Shown piece after piece: positions 1 to 9,737 of a stretch of DNA of 64,000 nt. Positions within the stretch are counted from its first letter, which is position 1. Each line of letters starts with the position of its first letter. Source of the stretch: Spirochaetia bacterium (GTDB lineage: Bacteria > Spirochaetota > Spirochaetia > SZUA-6 > Bin103); contig CBDBOV010000002.1 in NCBI GenBank assembly GCA_965208575.1, forward strand, positions 288,001 to 352,000, written 5' to 3'. The position numbers were made by a program, and so were the translations under genes. The notes under the pieces are model-generated. The model was given only the letters and a program-made list of their open reading frames with translations, was not told where the DNA came from and made no database searches.

Positions 1-3000
1 CTTTCTCGAAACTCTGCGGCACCTCGCCTATACCCGGCAGGACAAGATGCTCCGTCCGGTGGACTACCACAATCTCGGCGCCGAGGAACTGGGCGGCGTG
101 TACGAGAGCCTGCTCGCGCTCACGCCGCAAGTGAACGGAGGCGGCGGACACTTCTCCTTCGCCGAGTTCACCGGCAACCGGCGCAAGACGTCAGGTTCCT
201 ATTACACCCCTGATGCGCTGGTGCAGTGCCTGCTGGACTCCGCTCTCGATCCGGTAGTCGAGGCTGCCGTGGCGGGCAGGACCGGTGCCGAAGCGGAACA
301 GGCGATACTCGACCTAAAGGTATGCGATCCGGCGGTGGGGTCAGGTCACTTCCTGGTTGGCGCCGCGCACCGGCTTGCCCGCCACCTGGCCCGCATCCGC
401 GCCTACGCGGCCGGCGAGAGCGAGCCGTCGCCGCTGCTCTACCAGCGCGCGTTGCGCGACGTGATCGGGCGCTGCCTGTACGGCGTGGACGTGAACCCGA
501 TGGCCGCCGAGCTGTGCCGCGTGGGCCTGTGGCTCGAAGCGCTGGAGCCGGGCAAGCCGCTGTCCTTCCTCGACCGCCACATCCGCGTCGGCAACAGCCT
601 GCTCGGGGCCACGCCGGAGTTGATCGCCGCCGGCCTGCCAGACGCGGCGTTCAAGCCGATCCAGGGGGACGACAAGAACGTCTGCTCAGCATTTAGGAAA
701 CGGAACAAGACCGAACGCGAGCACGGCCAACACGACCTGGGCTTCATTGCCGAGTCTGGCGAGGAGTACGACTCGCTGGTCTCGCGCAGCCGCAGCATCG
801 ACCACGGGCCCGATGAAATCCTGGAGGAAGTACACACCAAGGAGGCTCAGTTCCGGCGCCTGCAAGAGTCCGTGGACTACCGGGACGCTCAACAGATTGC
901 GGATGTATGGTGCGCGGCATTCGTCTGGCCCAAGCGACCGGGCGTGGTCGACGCACCGACTACGGACACGCTACGCCGCCTCCGCGAAGGTGCCGAGGCG
1001 TTGGCCCCAGCACAACGTGAAGAGATGGAACGGATCGTGGGCCGCTACCAGTTCTTCCACTGGGATCTCGCATTCCCCGAGGTGTTCGCCGCCGGCGGCT
1101 TCGACTGCGTGCTCGGCAACCCACCGTGGGAGCGGGTGAAACTCGTGGAGAAGGAGTGGTTCGCAGAACGCAACTCCGAGATCGCGAATGCCCCGAACGC
1201 CGCCGCGCGCAAGCGGATGATCGGTGACCTGCAACACCAGTTCCCGGAGCTGCACGCCGGCTTCGCGGCAGCACTGCGCGAGAGCAATGGGACCAGCCGC
1301 CTGCTACGCGACAGCGGCCGTTATCCATTCTGCGGACGCGGTGACATCAACCTCTACGCGGTGTTCGCCGAGGCGATGCGGAGCATCGTAAACGAGCGCG
1401 GTCGCGCTGGCTGCGTACTCCCGACTGGGGTCGCCACCGACGATACTACCAAGTTCTTCTTCCAGGACGTCGTAGAAAAGCGGTCGCTGGTTAGTCTCTT
1501 CGATTTCGAGAACAGGAGAGGATTGTTTCCTGACGTGGACAGCCGGATGAAGTTCTGTCTCTTCACCGCTGGAAGCGGAGCCACGCCGACAAGTGAACGC
1601 GCAGAGTTCGTGTTCTTCGCCCATGCCGTCGACGAGTTATTCGACTCTGAACGCCGGTTCACGCTCTCCCCGGATGAGATCACTCTGCTCAACCCCAACA
1701 CCCATACCTGTCCTATCTTCCGGTCGCGCAAGGACGCCGAGCTGACCAAGGCGATCTACCGCCGCGTTCCGGTGCTCGTTCGCAATGCCCGAGACGCTCG
1801 ACCAGAACGGAATCCCTGGGGCATACGGTTCAACCGGATGTTTGACATGTCCAACGACTCGAGCATTTTAAGAAGAGGGAGGAACTTGAAGCCGACGGCT
1901 GGAGCCTCGAAGGAAGCGTATTCCACAGGGACGGGGAGGAATGCCTGCCGCTGTACGAAGCAAAGATGGTCCATCACTTCGATCATCGCTGGGCAAGCTT
2001 CGACGCGTCCGCAAGCGAGGAGGTTGTCGCCGACGTACCACTGGAGCACAAGCGGGACCCTGATTTCAAGGCGATGCCAAGGTATTGGGTGGACGCACGC
2101 GAGGTCTACCTCCGCAGCGCTGACTTGCCGAGGGGCTTGCTGACCGCGCTCCGCAACCGCGATACCTCCATGATAGTGTTGGGCGTCGCCCACCTGCTGT
2201 TCGCTCACCGGTTACGGCAGCCGTTCGACGATCAGGGAAGCGCATCGGAGGGACTATTCGCCGAGTGGATCAGGTTCGCAGAGAACTATCCCTTCGCTCG
2301 CGGTCTGAGACCGACGCAGATGGGATTGTGCGGGAACAATCCCGGCACAATGCCCGCCAACTGGATGGAGTTGGCTGCCGACTCCGGGCGGCAACGGCCG
2401 ACACCGCGTTCTCTTGAGCGTATCGCGCCGGGACCGGAGTTCTTACCGGCGGCACCGCTGGACGAGGTGAATACTGATCCACGCAACATCACACTTTGGT
2501 ACGCAGCCGACGAAGCAGCAGTGTCCGGGACGCTGCAGTACGCCGCTCGGTATCGACATTTGTTCGAACCTATGCCCAAACTGGAGAATGAGGACGACGT
2601 GCTGACCTGCGCCGAGCAGTGGTTGAGACAGACCACCCCGCGCTGGTTGATGGGCGTCCGAGACATCGCCCGGAGCACGGATGAGCGAACCGTCGTTGGC
2701 GGGGTGTTCCCGCTCGCGGCTGTTGGAAACAATCTTCCAGTGTGGAAGGCATCGACGAGCTCTTCGGTGGCTGTGCCCGCGTTGCTGTCGAGTCTTGCTT
2801 GTGACTACGCTGCTCGGCTCAAGGTGGGTGGCACGCACCTGAATTTCTTCATCGCCAAGCAGATCCCAGTCCTTACTCCCTACCTACTCGAACAGCCGGC
2901 ACCTTGGAGCCGCACCGCCGAAACTGTCCGCGACTGGCTGCTTCCCCACATTCTGGAGTTGACGTACACGACCTGGAGCCTCGAACCGTTCGCCTCCGAC

Positions 3001-3909
3001 TGTCGATGGAACGGTCCGCCGTTCCGCTGGGATGGGGAGCGCCGCTTCCTGCTGCGCTGCGAGTTGGATGCCGCCTTCTTTCACCTGTACCTGCCGGCGG
3101 ATGAGGACGGTGACTGGCAGCCGCCACGCCAAGTCGGCGGTCATCGTCACACTGAGACGGCCGAGCAACGAGCCGAGCTCACGCGCCACTTCCCCACGCC
3201 GCGGGACGCGGTCGACTACATCATGGACACCTTCCCGATCATCCGCCGCAAGGACGAGTCGCGATACGGGGAGTACCGCACGAAACGTGTCATCCTCGGC
3301 ATCTACGACGCGATGCAGACCGCCGCCGCAACCGGCGAGCCCTACCGAACCGTCCTCGATCCACCGCCCGCCGATCGGAGCTGTTGTCACCCGCCTCGCA
3401 TCGCGGTGCTCGATCTTGCGTCGCTGGCCGATGGCGAGTGGACTAGGCCGGAAGGCGATCGGACTGGTACTGAGGCCGCCGTTCTCGCAGCGGTGTTGAA
3501 AGCGAACGGCGGCCCTGCTCCGATACGTACGGTGCGCCTCACCGCCTTGCTGGCGCTCGAACCGCGGCTGCTCACACCCTCCCTCCCGTCGGAGGATGCG
3601 ATTCACTGGAGACGGTTGATTGGACCCGAGGCAACGGCGCTCGACTCGACCTCGGTGCCACTCCAGCCGCCGGCCAACCATCCGTGGGGCAGCGCCGTGC
3701 AGCAGCTTCGGGGAACGGGACGTCTGATTGAGGACTTGGCGGCCGGAACGTGGGCGCCGGGATCCGGTCTGAACGCGATCCGCACCGATGGATGGCCTGA
3801 CGGACGCGTGAACATGGTGCTGCAAACCCTGCTCCGTCGCGACGCCGAGCAGATCGTTCGCACGCTTCCCGCGAACGTTCGCAACTGGGTCAATGCCGAA
3901 GCAGCTTGA
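1..3909 (+). CDS. Large Eco57I/type IIG-like N6-adenine DNA methyltransferase; 5'-partial; single -1 frameshift near 1861; extra C-terminal domain
   Basis: Frame open from base 2. Motifs GSYYTP, DPAVGSGHF (motif I), GNPPW (motif IV). Family-typical segment MFDMSNDS-/-EELEADGWSLEG..LPLYEAKMVHHFDHRW is split across ORFs 47..2143 and 1966..3909. Family-typical end YIMDTFPIIRRKD..YRTKRVIL..DPPPAD at ~3220-3390. Confidence 0.85.
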
Positions 3910-5863
3910 ACTGCTGGAGCGCCCGGGTCTGGAAATCCGACCGGGGACGGGCCGCTCCGAGCCACGACTGTGGGTACGCCGTCTCGTCATCTGGAGCGAG
4001 CCGGGCGTCGTGCTCCGCGAGATCCGTCTGCGCCCCGGCCTCAACATCATCTGGGCGCCCGACCTCGCCGACCGCCCCGGTGGGTTGGAGGAACACGCTC
4101 CACCGGGGCACGGGAGTGGTAAGACACTGTTCTGTCGCCTGCTCCGTTACTGCCTCGGCGAGCACCGAGTCGCTCCTGACGATCAGCGTGAGAAGATCGT
4201 CGCTGCGTTCCCCAACGGGCTGGTCGGTGCCGAGATCATGGTCGACGGTACGCAGTGGGCCGTAGTGCGCCCTATCGGATCCACCAGGAAGCACTTTGCC
4301 GTCCGGGACTCCGCGGTCGATGCGATAAACACGGACGCCATCCCGACGGGCATGGATCCATTTCTTGAGGCCGTAACGACCGGTTTTCTGTCGAACGACA
4401 TAGCGGGGCTGGTTCCGGTCGGCGACCGGCAGAGTGCATGGCTGGTCGCGCTCGCCTGGCTTGCTCGTGATCAGGAATGCCGCTTCGACAAGCCCCTGGA
4501 TTGGCGCTCGGCGGACTCCGACTCCGGCTCTCCCACACGCGGGCTCTCGGTCCAGCAACATCTGGATGCCATGCGTGCATTGGTCGGCGCGCTCGATCCC
4601 GAAGAGACCAGGCTCAACGCGGAAATACGCAGAATTGCGACCCAACGGGACCAGGCTGATCGAGAAGCGACCCAACGAACGAGAGAAGCCGAGCGGCTGC
4701 GGACACGCCTCACCACGGAACTTGGCCAAGGAGCGGATGATCTGCCACCGGCCCGAATGGCCATCGAGCCGCTTCGGAAGGAGGCGATCCACCAGTTGGC
4801 CAAGGTGTCTCAGGTTGATTCCACGGACAGTCTCTTGGACATTGAGCGATTGAGATCGGAGGCCGATGAAGCCGGCGTGCGTGTGGAGGATCTGAAAAGG
4901 AGACTGGCCGTGCTCGACGCACGTATCCCGGAGATGGAGAGGCTCATCGCTCTCATCAAGGGAGAATTCCCCGTAGCCTCATTTCGCACAGTGGCGGCGG
5001 AGCAACCGGTATGTGAGATCTGCGAAGTGCCGATAGACCGCGTGCTTGCCGAGGGCTGCAGACTGTCCCACAAGCTCCCTGATCTCGACGCAGCGAAGCG
5101 TCGGATGGAGCAACTGGAGAAAGCACTCGCCGCAGAATCGAATCGACTCCGGCAATCTTTGGATGAACGAGAAGGGCTCGTCAACGAACTTCATCCGGCG
5201 GAGCAGGATCAAGTGTCTTTGGCCAGAGACCTGCAGGCAGCAGAGCGTGTGCGCGATGCCAGAACTGAGGCATGGTACGAATCGCGGAGACTGATTGACG
5301 ACGTCGACCTACTCGAGAGATTGCTTGTCGAGCGAGAACAGCTCCAGTCCCGGCTCGCGGACCTGGAGCAGATGATCCACGAAAAACGAACCCAAAAGGG
5401 CTCCTTCCGCGACGCGCATACGACAACGTTCAACCGCCTTTCCCGATTCTTCGATGCGATCCTCCGCGAACTGCTCGGGCCGGATGCGAGAGGTCGGATG
5501 TTCCTCGACGGAAACGGCCTCGGACTGTCGGTCGAGTTGGGTGGCGAGCGATCCACCGCCGCCATCGACTCACTCAATGTCATCGCCTTCGACCTCGCCG
5601 CGATGTGCATGAGCATCGAAGGTCGGGCTCACCAACCAGCATTTCTCATCCACGACAGCCCACGCGAAGCCGACCTCGGAATCAGCATCTTCCAACGCCT
5701 GTTCAACGTGGTGCGTAGATTGGAGCTCGAAGGAGAGCAACCTCTATTCCAGTACATCATCACTACCACGACTAGTCCTCCGCAGGGGTTGCAGAAGGAG
5801 CCCTGGACTGCCGCCATTCTCGGCGGAAGTACCCACGAACGGCTGCTTCAGAGAGACCTTTGA
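3893..5863 (+). CDS. Rad50/SMC-like coiled-coil ABC ATPase (ABC-three-component / Lamassu LmuB / DUF2326-like)
   Basis: Walker A GHGSGKT, long coiled coil with central CEIC (zinc-hook-like), Walker B FLIHDSPREAD, QYIIT strand. Overlaps the MTase end by 17 nt. Confidence 0.8.
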   Translation: MPKQLELLERPGLEIRPGTGRSEPRLWVRRLVIWSEPGVVLREIRLRPGLNIIWAPDLADRPGGLEEHAPPGHGSGKTLFCRLLRYCLGEHRVAPDDQREKIVAAFPNGLVGAEIMVDGTQWAVVRPIGSTRKHFAVRDSAVDAINTDAIPTGMDPFLEAVTTGFLSNDIAGLVPVGDRQSAWLVALAWLARDQECRFDKPLDWRSADSDSGSPTRGLSVQQHLDAMRALVGALDPEETRLNAEIRRIATQRDQADREATQRTREAERLRTRLTTELGQGADDLPPARMAIEPLRKEAIHQLAKVSQVDSTDSLLDIERLRSEADEAGVRVEDLKRRLAVLDARIPEMERLIALIKGEFPVASFRTVAAEQPVCEICEVPIDRVLAEGCRLSHKLPDLDAAKRRMEQLEKALAAESNRLRQSLDEREGLVNELHPAEQDQVSLARDLQAAERVRDARTEAWYESRRLIDDVDLLERLLVEREQLQSRLADLEQMIHEKRTQKGSFRDAHTTTFNRLSRFFDAILRELLGPDARGRMFLDGNGLGLSVELGGERSTAAIDSLNVIAFDLAAMCMSIEGRAHQPAFLIHDSPREADLGISIFQRLFNVVRRLELEGEQPLFQYIITTTTSPPQGLQKEPWTAAILGGSTHERLLQRDL

Positions 5864-5978
5864 CGTTCGTGGCAGGATTACATTTGGCGCCGCACACGGC
5901 CGCTCGTCCTCGTATGAAGATCGCGATACCTGCTGAGTCCTGTTGCCGAGCTGATGGAGACACGTCGCCCCACGGCCG

Positions 5979-6725
5979 ATGACTTCCCCGTCCACACACG
6001 AGTTGCAGCGTTCAGCAGCAGGAATGAAAGGGTTCGATGCCGAAGAATTCCATCAAGGTGACCAGGTGCACTTGACGGACAATCAGTCGAAGAATCTCAA
6101 GCGGGCAATTTGCTGTTACAGCTTTCCGTTTGTGACATGCGACTTCAAGAACGGCCAGGAGCGTGTTCACGACAGCATGAACGGTGTCGAGAAAGTGATA
6201 CATGAGCAGTTGACGTCGGGAGACTCAACGATTGTCAAGGACGGGCTCTCGAATGTCCTGTACTGGGGTTACGCCACTGCCGGATACAGACATAACCGTG
6301 TGAGCAAGTTCAGACACGAGGTGTCGGCAACACAATTGAACGCAGTCATCCACCTATTCCACGAACCAATGTCCCTGTGTCCCTCGAAGGTAGCATGCTG
6401 CGGTCTTCCACAATTCTCTAGAGTCTCGTTCATTTCGAAAACGCTGATGTTTCTTGATCCTCGGCGATTTGTGGTTCTTGACACCAAGATCGCATCACTT
6501 CGAAATGTGAGAAGAGGGACGCTATTCGACGACCTGAAGGCATCAACAACCATTCGAGCAACCGGGGGCAACGACTCGGTGTATGAGGCGTGGTGTTGTT
6601 TCTGCGTGCAAGTCGGTGAGGAACTCGGAGTGAGAGCCGTCGATGTCGAGCGTGGGATATTCCAGATGGTGCAATGGGGAATGCGTAAACACGCTGCCGA
6701 CATCTGCACCCGCCACCCGGATTAG
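5979..6725 (+). CDS. Putative HhH/OGG-fold DNA glycosylase-like protein
   Basis: VLYWGY and LPQFSRVSFISKTLMFLDPRRFVVLD resemble helix-hairpin-helix glycosylases with a K..D pair; C-terminal AVDVERGIF. Lower GC than the flanks. Start may be ATG 6024. Confidence 0.55.
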   Translation: MTSPSTHELQRSAAGMKGFDAEEFHQGDQVHLTDNQSKNLKRAICCYSFPFVTCDFKNGQERVHDSMNGVEKVIHEQLTSGDSTIVKDGLSNVLYWGYATAGYRHNRVSKFRHEVSATQLNAVIHLFHEPMSLCPSKVACCGLPQFSRVSFISKTLMFLDPRRFVVLDTKIASLRNVRRGTLFDDLKASTTIRATGGNDSVYEAWCCFCVQVGEELGVRAVDVERGIFQMVQWGMRKHAADICTRHPD

Positions 6726-6826
6726 TTGCCGCGAGGCGCCGCCCGGCATTGACAACCCGGCTTCGGTGTGGGGCATGTAGATTCGCTCCGCTGCGCAAGG
6801 CGGCGTATTACGATTGTCCGGAGAGT

Positions 6827-7068
6827 ATGACGATGTTGAGCTTCGGGTGCCAGAAGCTGGCACAAGCGGCTACCCGCTGGGCGACCGCCCCCGGGCATCG
6901 ACCGTTCGGACCTGTTGCGGGAGGCGCTCCATCGCCATCTGGTCAGCTTCGCGGCAGCGGCGGGAAGTGAGCGCGTACGCCCGGTCGCCGCTCGATGCCG
7001 GCGAGTTCTCGCTGTCCGCAATCGCCGACTGGGGCCCGCCGAGGAGTGGTCCGACTGGGCGGAGGCCA
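6827..7068 (+). pseudogene. Degenerate copy of the RHH antitoxin at 29702..29974
   Basis: Near-identical DNA (atgacgatgttgagcttc...ggacctgttgcgggaggcgctcc...gactggggcccgccgaggagtggtccgactgg) with several single-base indels. Confidence 0.8.
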
Positions 7069-7074
7069 CGGACC

Positions 7075-7293
7075 CCACAGAGCAGGACAACGCAGCTGCA
7101 CGGCATTCCGCAGGATGAGCAGCCGCGGCGTGAGGCGGTTGTCGGCGTAGAAGCTGTCCACCTCGTTCTTCAACTCGCGCAGCAGGTTGGTGGCGCGGTC
7201 CGGCCGCTTGCCGGTACGCACGCGCCACGCCGCCGTAGTTCCACATAGCGTTGCGGATCAGGCTGAGGCCCTGGGTGATCAGCTCGTTTGTCG
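7075..7293 (-). pseudogene. nadB: nadB 3' relic, part 1 (left of the intron)
   Basis: Translates as RATNLLRELKNEVDSFYADNRLTPRLL and ELITQGLSLIRNAMWNY, matching the nadB copies at 16.9 kb and 33.1 kb; frameshifted. Confidence 0.85.
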
Positions 7294-9292
7294 TCGCGCC
7301 AGGCCAAGCCTGGGGAAGGAGGAAGATGAAATAGACATCAGAAACCTTTCTTAGCCACCCCGTGGGTAGCCAATCCCATCCGGTAAAGCATAGCAAGCAG
7401 CCGGAAGCGAGTCTTGCGTCGGCAGGGGCGACCCTGAGGGCGAAGCGTAGACAGCGACCGCAGAAGCCGTGTGATTGAGCCTCGAAAGGAGAATGCTCGC
7501 TGGGGCCTTCGTAGTCGACAAATGCGGGGGCAGCACCGTACGTGCCGAAATGGCGAGGCACGGCGGCCCGGTCGGGGTCGGAGAGCAGGGCAGATGCGGA
7601 GCGGGTGGCCCAGGAACCTGGGAGAGCTCGATGTCTCCATGACGGGAGAGCCGGAGGGACGCCGGCACACCAACGTCCGGGCCTGCACGGGAGAGCGCCC
7701 GTGAACGTGCAGGAGCGAAGCAGCGGGTGCGGTCGTGGTACCGCCAAGCGAAGGCAACGAAGCGCGGCGGGAAGGGCAACGAGCAGTCTTAGCGCCCCCA
7801 TAGTACCGAGGAAGCGGGGGAACGGTCGCCGCACCGGACCCGGCGGAGGGAAGGAGGGCGTCAAGTCGTAGAACTGGTGCGGGGAAACATGGAGGATGCG
7901 ATGGAATCCGGGAACGTGTTAACGAAACAGCAGCAGATAGCAGAGAACGCGAGAATCCACGCCGGCGTGGCATTCACGTCGCTGGCGTATCACATGGATC
8001 TGGAGTGGCTGTACGAAGCCTACCGGCGTACCCGGAAGGATGGTGCAGTTGGAGTTGACGAACAGACTGCCGAGCAGTACGGGGAGAACCTGGAGCAGAA
8101 TTTGAAATCACTGCTGGAGCGGGCGAAGGCGGGAACGTACCGCGCGCCGCCGGTAAGGCGGGCGCACATTCCGAAAGGGAAGGGCGGAGAAACCCGCCCG
8201 ATCGGGATACCGACCTTCGAGGACAAGGTACTTCAGCGGGCGGTACAGATGCTGCTTGAGCCCCTGTACGAGCGAGACTTTCTAAGCTGTGCACACGGCT
8301 TTCGCCCGAAGCGATCGCCGCACACGGCGCTGCAAGCACTCTGGGACCAGATGATGGGTCAAGGGGGCGGTTGGGTGATAGACCTGGACATACGAAAGTA
8401 TTTCGACACGCTGTCACACGCTACCATGCGCACGATTCTGGCACAGCGGATGCGAGATGGAGTGATCACACGATTGATCGGAAAATGGCTAAAGGCAGGG
8501 GTCATGGAAGATGGCTCAGTGACCTACCCGGAGCAGGGGACACCGCAAGGTGGCGTACTATCGCCGTTGCTCAGCAATGTTTATCTGCACGAGGTACTCG
8601 ACCGATGGTTCTATGAGGTGGTCCGACCGCGCCTGCGGGGGCGGGCGTTCCTGGTGCGTTTTGCGGACGATGCGGTACTGACGTTCAGCGACCGGCGCGA
8701 TGCCGAGAACGTGCTGCGCGTGTTACCAAAGCGCTTCGCGAAGTACGGGTTGACCGTGCACGAGGAAAAGACACGGATGCTTCAGTTTCGACCGCCGGGA
8801 GGGAACGCGACAGCCCACCACGGGGCGAGTTTTCCATTCTTGGGATTCACGCACTATTGGGGGCGCTCGCGCAACGGGAAGTGGATCGTGAAGCGGAAAA
8901 CCGCCTCCGACCGGCTGACCCGTGCGTTACGAGCACTCGCCGTGTGGTGTAAGCGCCATCGGCACGAGCCTCTGCGGGCGCAGCAAGCGGCCCTCCGGCG
9001 CAAGCTGCTGGGCCACTATGGGTATTACGGCATTACCGGCAATGGGCGCTCGTTGGGGTACTTCCACGACGCCGCCAAGCGCCTCTGGTTGAAGTGGCTG
9101 AACCGGCGCGGTGGACGACGCCTCACGTGGGCCTGCTTTGCGCGGTTGCTGGCCCGATATCCGCTGCCGGCCGTTCGTGTCGTCCAGTCCATCTATGCAG
9201 CGAACTCTACGACCTGAGGAACCGTGTGCGTCAATCGCGCTCGCACGGGACTGTGGGGGCCTGGGGCGGGCAACCGCCCTGGGCTACCCGGA
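7294..9292 (+). mobile_element. Group II intron (bacterial class E/F-like, no endonuclease domain), inserted antisense in a nadB relic
   Basis: 5' end (T)CGCGCCAGGCCAAGCCTGGGG; ~580-nt non-coding leader; RT/maturase ORF; domain V GAGGAACCGTGTGCGTCAATCGCGCTCGCACGGGACTGTGGGGG and domain VI GGGGCGGGCAACCGCCCTGGGCTACCCGG right after the stop. nadB sequence resumes at ~9293. Boundaries +/- a few nt. Confidence 0.9.
7877..9217 (+). CDS. ltrA: Group II intron reverse transcriptase/maturase
   Basis: RPIGIPTFEDK, GFRPKRS, GTPQGGVLSPLLSNVYLH, RFADD, FLGFTHYW and a domain X; no HNH endonuclease tail. Confidence 0.95.
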   Translation: MRGNMEDAMESGNVLTKQQQIAENARIHAGVAFTSLAYHMDLEWLYEAYRRTRKDGAVGVDEQTAEQYGENLEQNLKSLLERAKAGTYRAPPVRRAHIPKGKGGETRPIGIPTFEDKVLQRAVQMLLEPLYERDFLSCAHGFRPKRSPHTALQALWDQMMGQGGGWVIDLDIRKYFDTLSHATMRTILAQRMRDGVITRLIGKWLKAGVMEDGSVTYPEQGTPQGGVLSPLLSNVYLHEVLDRWFYEVVRPRLRGRAFLVRFADDAVLTFSDRRDAENVLRVLPKRFAKYGLTVHEEKTRMLQFRPPGGNATAHHGASFPFLGFTHYWGRSRNGKWIVKRKTASDRLTRALRALAVWCKRHRHEPLRAQQAALRRKLLGHYGYYGITGNGRSLGYFHDAAKRLWLKWLNRRGGRRLTWACFARLLARYPLPAVRVVQSIYAANSTT

Positions 9293-9420
9293 GCCATCTC
9301 CCAGGTGCGTACCTACGGCAGGTGGAAGTCGGCGCGCCACCGTCGATCTCCGCAATGTGCTGCCGGGCGGCCTGGACGCCTATCACCACGCACTCCGGCA
9401 GCCAGGTGCTGGCCACGCGC
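9293..9420 (-). pseudogene. nadB: nadB relic, part 2 (right of the intron)
   Basis: gccatctcccagg...ggcaggtggaagtcgg...tcaccacgcactcc..gtgctggcca aligns to nadB 33428-33546 (ASTWLPECVVIG vs ASTSLLECVVMG). Confidence 0.8.
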
Positions 9421-9737
9421 GGCCCGTCCGCATCGGCTGCGTGGAACAGGGGAACATGGGGAAGTGATACCTTGGAGCTGCCTCGCACTTCGCTGTGTCG
9501 GCCGCAAGTGACGGGCATGTCCACGCGATCGACGCTACTCGGTCAGCGCCGGTCCCGCCGACTTTGTCTTCTCTCCACTGGACCTCGCGGATTGTGATCG
9601 AACGCCCGGCGGGATTCGCTCGCCCGACACCCGCGTATCTTAGCGCGGATCAAACTTGACCCTGCGCACCGTCTCTACTGATCATGGTGCCATGGCCATC
9701 CGTTGCAGCGGCGCCTCCGGCAAGAGGACAACTACCC

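Noticed and set aside
1855-1875. Programmed -1 frameshift or phase variation in the MTase
   Set aside because: No X XXY YYZ heptamer in frame and no long simple repeat.
6722-7973. 380-aa and 211-aa minus-strand ORFs
   Set aside because: Antisense read-through of intron RNA and pseudogene relics.
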